Of a stretch of 64,000 nt of DNA, positions 22,821 to 33,420 are shown piece by piece (the stretch's first letter is position 1; the number at the start of each line of letters is the position of its first letter). Origin of the DNA: Azolla caroliniana (lineage: Eukaryota; Plantae; Polypodiophyta); NCBI GenBank assembly GCA_043228905.1, contig JBHGNT010000005.1, positions 23,870,001 to 23,934,000 of the forward strand, in the 5' to 3' direction. A model generated the notes under the pieces. The model saw only the letters and a list, made by a program, of their open reading frames with translations. It made no database searches and had not been told where the DNA came from. A program made the position numbers and the translations under genes.

Positions 22821-24172
22821 GATAACAAAAGATATATATTATGTTAAGGGAATATACAATAGTAGCTAGGAGGCTTAAGACTGGCGTTGAACCGATTTGG
22901 TTCAAAATAATGCCTTGTGCCTCCTTTTATAGTGTTCTCAGGAGTACTCCTTTTCTAGAATGTTCTAGAGAAATCTAGAATATACATCAATTTTCTATAG
23001 TAAAACTTAAATGAAAATAATATCTTTCGTATTATAATACATAGTCTAATGGTAAGAGCTCGACCCATGTAACATAAGGTCATGGGTTCGAGTCTTGCCA
23101 TATCATGACACTATCCCTTTTTTAAAACGACGAGTGTCACGAGTCATTTTGGATTGAGGACTTGGTTTGTCTGGATATTGATCGATGGAAGTCTTCAAGA
23201 AGAGCATGAGCATTGGTCACATTCTCTATTGGTTCCCAAGTATGCTCGTTGGGACTATATCCTAGCTAATCGACTAAATAATAGAGCTTGTTGCGAACAA
23301 TCTTGGATTTGAGGATGGCAGCAACCTCGTACTCAGGTCCATCTTCAAGTTCAATCGGGGGTGGAGGTTGTGGAATCCGTCTTGGGATGGTGCTATCTTG
23401 ATAGGGTTTGAGGAGAGAACTATGAAACACCGAATGTATGTGAAGTTGTGGGGGTAGATCGAGACGAAAAGCGACATCATTAATCTTTCCAATAATACTG
23501 AAAGGACCTAATCGCCGATAATCCAACTTCTCGCATGGGCGAGTAGTCTTGATGTGTCGTCGTAGTAGCCATACCTGATCTCCAATGTTAAAATTGGATG
23601 GAAGGCGATGACGATCCGCGTAAACATTGTGTGTTTGTTGAGCTTGTTATAGATGAGTAGATAAATCGGCATGTATCTTGCATAACCGCTCCAAACGATC
23701 CTCGACGCAAGTATTTGTGGGTAACTCTGGGGTTTCAAATACACACCACGGAGGGTGACAACCTGTATAAGCATAAAATGGTGTAACTTTAGTCGATGAG
23801 TGGACAGAGTTATTATGGGCAAATTTGGCGAAGTGGAGAATATCTGCTCAATCATCCTGATGATAGTTTAGAAAGCACTGAGGATACTGCTCCAGCGTTT
23901 GATTTGTTCGTTCTGCTTGGCCGTCCGTTTGCGGGTGGTAGCCGGAGGAGAGGTTACAAATGACCTTAAGCATTTTAAAAAGGTGCTTCCAGAATTTTGA
24001 GTCGAATTGGGGTTCACGGTCGCCGATGATATTATTAGGAAGGCCATGATGGCGACATACTTCATGCATGACAATTTCGGCAGTTTCTTCACTGGAGATT
24101 TCCTTAGTACATGGCAGGAAATGAGCCATCTTCATATATCGATCTACTACTGTTAAAATTGCATTGAATCCT

Positions 24173-24397
24173 CCCCTCTCTCTTCTCCCTTTTTATCCCC
24201 ATCCTCCTGTCAATTTGCTTTATTCCCTGTCCCCCCCCCTGACAGAGATACGCACAATCCCCTTAATAAATGCGTGCTGCTTAGTATTTACATCCACCGA
24301 TTCATGTACAAAATATCAAGTCACGCGTCCATCCGTGTAAGAGCCGGTTTATGCGCTTTCTCTCCGATTCCGCCTATGGCCGGTTTTCTTCACGACA
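24173..24397 (-). mobile_element. Truncated LTR end of the TGTCGTGAAG family at the chromovirus pol deletion junction
   Basis: Ends ttcttcacgaca (reverse complement TGTCGTGAAGAA), followed by gcgt and resumption of the chromovirus pol. Confidence 0.6.
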
Positions 24398-24529
24398 GCG
24401 TATTGGCTTGTACTTTATCGAACACATCGGCATAATGATTATACTTCTTTGGAAGTTGAACGATGGACTCCTCTTTAGTGGTGTTGGAGGGTTTTACTGA
24501 TATTGCGAAGAGAAACATTTCTTCCTTGC

Positions 24530-24533
24530 GCGC

Positions 24534-24577
<44 letters not shown>

Positions 24578-27500
24578 CCTCTCTTGTTCTCGGCCGATTC
24601 CGATACGTGTCCGGAATAGCCCCGGTTTGTACCACGACCGGTGTAGTTGGACCGGAGAGGGTCGGCTTCCCAGCATCCATCTCTTCCTGGTCTGAGACCC
24701 CCGTGGTTCCGCCCTTGTACACGCACGCGCGTAATATCGCGACATCTTTGGTGAACCTGACGTGAAAGGCGGCAAGGGAGAATGGAGTTGGAAGAAGACG
24801 ACTTCGCACAACTTTTTGTCGAAGGGGTGAGGGAGTTTGGACGAGCAACAACATGAAGAGAGACGCAAGTTATTAGGTGAGTCGTCGAAAGAGTCAGTCA
24901 TTTCAACGGGGACAAAGTCCCATTCTACTTGGAAGCCTACAACGCAGAAATGGAGGAGCAAGATGTAGACGAGGCGTTGAGGCTGGAGTTCTTCTGTCGG
25001 ATCGCGGCCCCTTGGGTATACGCAGAAGTAAAGGAGCTCAGAGAGGTCCACAGTTCGTGGGAAACTTTCGAAAGGGCGCTCTGGCGGGCACACGGCGAAC
25101 CGCCAAGGAGTCGAAACTAGCGCGACTTCGACCAATGGGTAGCATCGTCCAAGACCCACTGTGGAGCAACTAAGGCGTTCCAGGAGTTCGGGCGACGCTT
25201 TGCACGGCTCCCAAAGCGAAAACAAAGACTGGTGGGGGCAGACAAAGTCCTACTATTCGTTAGGTCGATAGACCAGGTGGAACGGAAGGTCATCGGAATC
25301 GAGCTCAAAGAAGATGATGGAGTGAATGGCCTTACGGAGGACTAGTCGAAAGTCGGAAGGCTATGCCAACGGCTAGATGATGAGCGAGCTGATAGAGCAA
25401 GGTGGAAGGCGCGCGACAGCGCGCCATCACAGCGGGAAGAGGGCGAGCGGCAAAGAGAGTCGGCAAGGATCGGCTTTGGGGCCAGGATTGCGGAGGCGTA
25501 CGCAGCTCTCGAGGCAATGCTTGAGGAAGAGGAAAGATCGAGGCCGCAAGCTGACGCCGAGGAGACGGACTTGCCCCACAAGATCGCAGAAGATCGGTAC
25601 GACGGTGCCATGGGAGAGGGTGCGGAGCAAGCGACCCTCTCGACTTGTGAAGGAAGACCGGCCAAGGAGGAGGTCGGAAGCGGAGAAGAGCCCTCCATGC
25701 GGATTCCGGAGACTCCGGCAATCGAGCTTGTTTGCCGACATAAGACCACAGAGATGGAAGGCGCAAGCGAGGAGTCCTGGCACATTGCCAGCGAAGATGG
25801 GTAGGAAATGGACTACGAGAAGGTCGAGCACGGAGCCGCGGCAGAGGAGGAAATGAGAGCCGGCGCCGAGGGGAGCGGAATCGGAAGTCGAACCGACTGG
25901 GGATCGGACTGGTCGATATCCCGATTCAGGTGGAGCACGATCCATACGTGGATCGTGCGACTAGGGCAAGGTTCGGCATGAAGGTGCCGACACGGAAGAG
26001 GGTGCGGGACGAGCCGCCCTCTTTTACATGGGGAGAAAGACCAGCCGGGCGAAGGTCGGGAATCGAGAAGAAGATGATCGAGGGTACGGAACGAGTCCGG
26101 CAGGATCGGCATCGGAGCCAAAACTCCGGACATTGGAGAATCAAGCCCAGGTGAGCTTGATCAATCATAGAGCAGATGCTTTCCACCGACACCACTAAAA
26201 GGGTCGGTGGCCCCGGACGAGTTGTCGAGAGTCGTTACGAAATCGGTATCCCCACATCTTGACCGGAAACTTCGGTAGTTCGACCGGCGTGGCAACATGA
26301 GACCGAAAGAGATGGAAGATGGAGGCGGGAGCACAGCAAGGAGAGCGACGACGAGTCCGGGAGAAGTACAAGGGAAGAAGCGGAGAACGAAGACCGATCC
26401 TATGGGTCACCTCACACCGGGCTAGAGACTTCGGCGGTCGGCATCGGATCCGACGTAAGACCAAGATACTCACGGTGGCGGCAGGAGAACGGGACCCGGC
26501 CGAGAACCGGGCGGAGTGGACATCCGGATAACCGATCCAAAAGGGAGGAAGAGGCAAGCCTACGGGGAGGCCGGGAACACGATACGTCGGTACCACAGGA
26601 GAGGGTGTGGAGTGAGCCACCCTCTTGATTTGCGGAGAAAGACAACCCAGGATAAGGGTCAAAGATACAACAAACCTGAGGAGGATCCTTCACACTAGTT
26701 CTAGAGGCTCTGACGGTCGGCCCGAGAGCCGGCGTGAGACCTAGAGTGACAAACGGTGGCGGCGAGGGGACGAAGGCAAGGCTGCGGATGGGCGGTCTAT
26801 GGAGATCCTCACACCGATCCAGCGGTCGGCCCGAGTGCCGGCGTGAGTCCTATAGGAGAGAACGGTGGTGGCAAGTGAACATGACCAGCAAAAGAGGCCG
26901 ACGCGAAGGTCGGGACTACGGCGAGAGGAAAACGGCAAGCGGTGTTGCCGCGACCTTACACACACCGGTTCTAGACACTCTGGCAACCAGCAACGAGAGC
27001 CGGTGTGAGACCTAGAGAGAAGAACAGTGAACCAAAGACGGCAAGGGGGTGGTCCCATGAAGACACTCACACCGATCCGGAGACTCCGGCAACCAGCGAC
27101 GACCGCCGGCATGAGACCTAGAGAGAAGGACGGTGGCGGCAGGAGAACGTGATCAGACGACGGAAAGCAGAGCGAAAAGAGGTATGAGGCCGGCGAGGCG
27201 GCCACGAACCGGATACAGACCCGACCGGCAAAGTCAGCAAAGACAAAGATCGGACGCACTTGGTACACGAGTCGGTGACCCAACAAGACAAAGGCCTGAG
27301 AAGGATCCTTCACACCTGCCCGGAGACCCCGGCTTTTCGGCCGATGTTGCAACGTGAGACCGAGGGTAATGGAAGGTTGCGGCAAGGGGACGAAGGCGGC
27401 AACAACAGAGGCACCAACCAACCAAGGCATTACGTGAACGAAGGAGGCCATGCGGGCTGGGACGCGGCAAGGGTGATCTTCCAGTAAGCTACCGGGGACA

Positions 27501-28867
27501 CCCGGTTAAGGAGCGGTGTTCCGAGCCAGAAAGGGCACACCCGAAAGCGGGACAAGAGACGTGTGAGTGGCCATCGAGGGCCAAAGCAAGCACGAGTACG
27601 GGACGGCGTTCAGCACAGGCGGTGCCGAACAAGGAAGGCGGAAGACGCCACACGGCACGGCAACCATAGAAGGAACAAGGAGCGCGTATTGGGGTCACCT
27701 AAGGACCGAAGAACGAACGCGCATCTCGGGGACAATAATGTCACACGGGAGCGCGGAGCGGAGAGAGTCAACACGCGGAGGGTTTCGGGACGCGGAGACG
27801 ATCGAACCAACAGAGGGACATACGCGGCACGCAAGATGCGGAATCCGGCGTACAACCGAAGTGACCGGGGGTGCGATCAGAGAACATACGTAGCGGATAA
27901 AGGAGGGGTGACCGGATCGGCAACGGTGTTCGGGAGGACCGATCGGGGAAGAAGGCGCGAACGTCGGATGTGGGCGGGGCCGATAAGGAGCCGGCAAGAT
28001 GGTCGAGTGCCGGTAAGGTGGAGGACCCGGTTAATCACCGTCATCGAAATCTCTCACCCTTTTCCTTTCTTGGCACATACCGGTGGTGGATGTGCGGTTT
28101 GATGGGGGTGGATGTCGTGAAGATTTCCGACTATAGTGTGAAACCGGGGTGGAATGGGCAAGTCGGTGGTGTGCAACATGTGCACATGTATAGTAGGAAA
28201 CGATGTATAGAATAAGGGGGAGTATTTATCCCACATTGTAACGCCCTCCCCTCCTTGGTCTATAAAAGGAGGAAAGGGTCTCTTGTAAAAGGGTTGCCCA
28301 TTTTTCAGTCATAAGGGTATTACCATTTTGATCGAGGGTCTCTTCGTTAGGAATTGGTCTAGGGTTAGAAACTTTCTTTTGTATTCTTCTTCTTCTCCTC
28401 CTCCTTCTTGAGAAGTTGGGGCGCCGCAGCCATGGCGGCAAAGCTCTGTTAGGGTTGTGTTCTTCGTCGTTGTGCGTGTTGAGTCCTTGTGTCTGTTCTG
28501 AGTGTAGCCCGACCCGAAGTAGGGTTTGTATCAATCTTTGTGAATATACATATATTTATATATAGATAGATAGATATAAGGATGCGAGAGTTCAAATCTC
28601 TGCCGGTGTCGCATGTGTTTCCCTTACTCTGTTCTCTGTACAAACGAGGCGTGGTCTGAATCAGTGTTGCGCGCATATTCTCTCTCTCTCTCTCTCCTCT
28701 CCTCTCTTGTTCTCAACCAATTCCGGTACATGTCCGGAATAGCCCCGGTTTGTACCACGACCGGTGTAGTTGCACCGAAGAGGGTCGGCTTACCAGCATC
28801 CATCTCTTCCTGGTCTGAGACCCCCATGGTCTCGCCCTTCTACACGCACGCGCGTAATATCGCGACA
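24530..28867 (+). mobile_element. Non-autonomous (gag-only) LTR retroelement with tRNA-Trp PBS, nested in the chromovirus gag (also about 60472-64000)
   Basis: Partial 5' LTR 24530-24744; PBS TGGTGAACCTGACGTGAA 24749-24766; decayed gag-like HFNGDKVPFYLEAY...SWETFERAL; PPT GATGGGGGTGGA 28101-28112; 3' LTR 28113-28867; no PR/RT/INT motifs seen. Confidence 0.82.
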
Positions 28868-31246
28868 ACATGTAGTGTCAATCTCCATCGGAGTCGGAGT
28901 ATTCACTTGAGACACATTATATGACTCCCTCAGAAAAGGTTTCGCTACCATTGAGGCGTATGTGGGCTCTGATCTTGCCCTCGGCATCTGGAATTGTTGT
29001 TCCAAACATCGTTCGAAAAGGCGGTTGTCACATCTCACCGCGCAACTGATTGCTTCTGTTAATGACTTTGGTTCTTCGACGAAGGTCAAGAGTAAATCCT
29101 TGACATCATTGAGTAAACCATAACGAAATTGCTCCATCAATGCTTGATCATCCCAAGGGATATGGGCGGCGAGTAGGCAGAAATTTGCAGCATATGTGGA
29201 GGCTGGACGATCACCTTGGCGTAATCGTCGGATTTTGTTGATTGTTGTCCTTATGTTATCAGTATCTCCAAAACAAGCTTTAAACTCACTTATAAATTCT
29301 TCAAAATTGTTTAGTAATGGAGATTCCTTTTCTAACAACGAAGCAAACCATACCAATGTTGAGCCACTAAGTAGAGTGCCTACTAGTCCCAGTCGTGATG
29401 CATCGGTGGGATATCGAGAATGATGCATTTGAATCACTAAACATACCTGATTCAGAAAACCTCTAAACTATGATTGGGTCCCATCAAATTTTGCAAGAAG
29501 ACCGATCTTGGGTTCTTTGTGAATCCCTTGAGTGCTTGATCCTTGTTGTTGTAGTGATACAATAGTCGTGTCAAGTTGTTGTACACCTAACGTCAGCTCC
29601 CTATGTTGTTGTTTTTCCAGCGCTATTTGTTGAAGATCCCCCAACAAACGGTGATTTTCTTGTTCTAGTGCTACAAATTTCTCTTTTAGGCATTGGAGCT
29701 CCGAGAAAACAGATTGGTATTCCTGAGCGCTAACAGTTTCCATTTTACTAGGGAGGATAAGAGGATTAGTATGAAGGGAAAAAAGGGGTAAGAAATGAGG
29801 GAAACCGGAAAGAAGACCGGAAAAAAGGGGATATGTAAGAATATAAAAGGAAGAGGAGGAAAGGAGGAGACAGAAGGAGGGAAATCGGTTTAAACTGTCA
29901 GGAATAGTACTGAGACAAAGAAGAAATTAGTACTAAGAGAGGAATATTGGTACTAAGAGGAATAGAGGGTGTAGAACACTCGAGAGAATGAGAGAGAGAG
30001 AGTGAGTGAGTGAGAGATCGAGGGAGAGAAAATGATGATGACAGCGATATATTATGTGAGAAGAATATACAATGAAGGCTAGGAGGCTTAAGACTGGCGT
30101 TGAACCGATTTGGTTTGAAATAATGCCTTGTGCCTCCTTTTATAGTGTTCTCGGGAGTAATCTTGAAGCTTCTAGAATGTTCCAGAGAAATCTGGAATAT
30201 ACATTAATATCCTATGAATTACAATAGATAGTGTAATGGTCAAGAGCTTGACCCATGTAACATAAGGTCATGGGTTCGAGTCTTGCCATATCATGACAAA
30301 ACCAATGCAGTAGAACGAGGACCCACTCGAACCCCTAGACCAGACTAGAGCATATTGGACATACTCATCGAGGATTGAAGAGGCTAATTGTGGGTTCGAC
30401 GTACAATGTATTGTCCCACGGGCGTGTCATGTGTTGGTCAGAGGCTGGAGTATGAAAGACAAGTGGGGGATGAGTCAGAAGCAGAAAGTATTAGTTATTA
30501 GTTAGCTAGAATTAAAATAGGAACGAACGGATCTGAAAGAGTTGCAACGATCTGGATCCAGACCGATTCGTAGCCAGTTGCCGGTATGGCACCGTTTTGT
30601 AATCAGAACCGGATTCCTATAAAAGGATCCGAAGAACGATGTATTAAGTATGGTGGAATGAATATAAGTAGAATTGTCTTTGAGAATATTGTGTACCTTC
30701 CTTTCTGTGCTTATGGTTTTATCTTACGAATGACATCAATCTGTGTATGTTGTTAATCCAGAACCGACCCGAAAATAGTCGGATATAATTATAATCCTAC
30801 CAAAAGCATAAACCCTGTAACCACCCTTTGGTGAAGTGATCCGAAAGGAGACCCTGTGTTAGTGGCTAGTCCGGCCCAGGATTAAAAACCTTATTGTGCA
30901 TGTTTAATTGGAACCATTTACAAACTTGTCAATTTTCATCACAAACTATTGATTTTTATCCTTATTGATATAGTTTAAACAATATCCACCCATCCAACAA
31001 TGAAGATATTTTACATGCCTTGTGTAAGCTCAAACAATATAAACACTTACATTACAAAATAAGTGCACTTTGGGTCATATAAAACAATTGGCTTGGCCAA
31101 GTTAGCTACAAGGGATACAATCATTGTCCAAATATTCGGTTAATCCAAACAACCTTTCCAAATATCATGAATCCTCCTTTGGTCAAGGGATCCTTTAGTA
31201 GAATTTCTACTACCCGTTGTCTCTGAATGTTAGAAGGGGATGTATG

Positions 31247-31830
31247 TAGCAATGGGCCTAGTTTAGTTTCGGTTTGGTTTGGTTTCTTTGCCTTGAAACC
31301 AAACTGAACTAAACCAAACCATTTATATAAAACAAAAACCAAACCAAACCATTTAAGAAAAGGTAAACCAAACTATTTAAACCAAAACCATTTAGGGAAA
31401 TGTTGAAATCAAACCGAGCCATTTAATAAAAAGTTTAAACCTAACAACATTTAAGCCAAACTAATTAAAAAATTAAATAAATAGAAATATACTAAATTAA
31501 ATAAGCACTTATGTTAATTTAAATAAATAAGCATTAATTAAGCCATTAGATTAAATAAACATTTAAGTTAAATGAATTAAATCAATAAAAAACATTAATT
31601 AAACATTAAATTACATAAACATTTCAGGGATAAAAAAAGTTAGCCCAAACACCTATAAACCTTTAAACCAAACCACTTAAACCGATAAACCCCAGTTTCA
31701 AAACCGAACTGAACCATTTGACTAATAATTAAAACTAAACCAAACCATTTAATTATTTTGGAACTTATAAACCTTTAAACCATGGCTTAACGGTTCAATT
31801 TAGTTTGAGTCGAAATTGGGCCCATTGTTA
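31247..31830. mobile_element. hAT-type MITE, 584 bp
   Basis: TIR TAGCAATGGGCC / GGCCCATTGTTA; perfect 8-bp TSD GATGTATG (31239-31246, 31831-31838); AAACC subterminal repeats. Confidence 0.88.
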
Positions 31831-32393
31831 GATGTATGTAGCATATTGGTGAAGAAGAATTATTACGTCAACCAAACCCCTAGAATTTCAACTACTCATT
31901 GTCTTCTAAATGCGAGAAGGGAATGTTTTAATGTAGCATATTTGTCAAGGTGAATTCTTAAGTCAACCAAACCCCTAATTCAACCTACACGTGTTGCTTT
32001 TTAACATAAAGCCACAAGGATCATACATATATATCTTTTTTTTATTTCAATTACATGGTGCATATGTATACGTACCATCACCGATTCTCATTCCCCCCTG
32101 CCCCTCAAGCCTCTACTTGTTTTATTATGACTGGAGATGGTGCTGACACTTTCTTGACCCTTGCAACTTGTTTTTCGTAATAGTAATGGTAACCATGGCA
32201 AGATTTTGACGGGTTTCATGCCCGTCAAAAACATACACATAGTAAAAATGCTCGTCAAATGAGATATAAAGTTTAAATTTTCATTTTCATGTGAAAGGCC
32301 CCTACAAATTATGCATGTCAAATAACATACTAAAATTCTATTTTCCATGTCATATATATTATATATATACATATGTCACTTATTATAGATAGT

Positions 32394-32570
32394 CAGTAAC
32401 CATTTGGTTAAGTGTGTGCCCACTTAAGTGTGCTATTCTATTAAGTGCGCATTTTATAGAGGTCAAAATCTAGATCAAAAAATTTACATTGTTTCATGAT
32501 GAAATTACATCTAACCAAATTGAAACTATGTTCAAACATTTAAAAAACAATAAAATCATATAAAAATCTG
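32394..32570 (-). mobile_element. Fragment of the Tc1/mariner MITE family seen at 14926-15692
   Basis: Reverse complement of about 15530-15692 (gttaagtgtgtgcccacttaagtg...tatagaggtcaaaatc). Confidence 0.7.
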
Positions 32571-33420
32571 ATTATTACACATTGAATGGTATGGTATGTG
32601 TGCCAATTAGCAAATTTCACATTCAGTGATATAATTTATTCATATTCATCCCCTCCTTCGTAGTGTTTCCCTACCTGAATACTCTTTCTATTGCTTCTTG
32701 TTATTTTTATTTTATTTTTTTCCAAAAAAAGATACTACATTAGTATTAGAAAACCGCCATAAGGCTAAACATACAAGCTATACCGATCCCCTATATTTTT
32801 CTAAAGTCTAACCATTGGCTTGAATAAACACTTTGGTGTTGAGTAGAACCACTCCACCTTACCAAAATACCGTCTATAAAATATACCTATGTCCCAAATG
32901 GCATGAAACTCCACCCGCCTAAGCTCCGCTTGATGCGTATTACCTTTTATTGTTATTGATGCATCTTCTTAATCTTCTTATAATTCTTATTCTTCTTCCT
33001 TCTTTTCCTTATTCTTTCCTAAACCACTTCTTTTTCTTGATTCTTATTGATCCTAATTTGTTTCATTCTTCTTCTTCCACTGCAAATGCATTTCCTTGAT
33101 TCTTCTTCTTTTACTCTATGTACTCCCTTTTCATGATGTTTCTTCCTACTAATACCCCTTCCCTTCTTCTAATGAGTTCTTAATTCTTATTATTCCGTCT
33201 ACTTCCCCTTCCCCTATTCATCATCATCTACTTCCTTCTGTTTCTTTCTTTGTATTTCCTTCTCCTTGCTCCCTCTCCTTTCTGGTTCGTCTTCTTCTAC
33301 TTCATGTAGAGTTCTAGTCCATGAGAGAAAATACAAATTTCATAATATATTTGCGCCTGTAAAGCTTCATAAACTAGATTGTAGCCCCATAAATAGCTAC
33401 TTTCAAGATGATAGTTCCAA

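Larger units (their letters stand above)
1..28058 (+). repeat. Segmental/tandem duplication, copy 1 (part with a visible partner)
   Basis: Matches 41725-64000 with offsets 41724/41726 before, and 35977 to 35936 after, the 7207-12950 insertion. Confidence 0.97.
22660..30298 (-). mobile_element. Older, deleted and probably chimeric chromovirus of the same family as 7207-12950 (left part repeated at about 58596-60472)
   Basis: LTRs 22660-23110 and 29896-30298; decayed INT-chromodomain 23111-24172; decayed gag 28868-29743; RT/RNase H and protease deleted; flanks gtatg/aaacc do not match. Confidence 0.88.

Noticed and set aside
26250-27370. CRISPR-like array or hammerhead ribozyme (retrozyme) reading of the repeats
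   Set aside because: Units are diverged and irregularly spaced, the context is eukaryotic with no cas genes, and I saw no CUGANGA/GAAA hammerhead core on either strand
25300-28100. Many overlapping 60-240 aa ORFs on both strands
   Set aside because: Expected in GC-rich TE interior; no recognisable domains and the gag-like frame is broken by stops
32700-33300. Possible L1 3' end with poly(A), followed by a pyrimidine-rich tract
   Set aside because: Too short and decayed to call without a homology search
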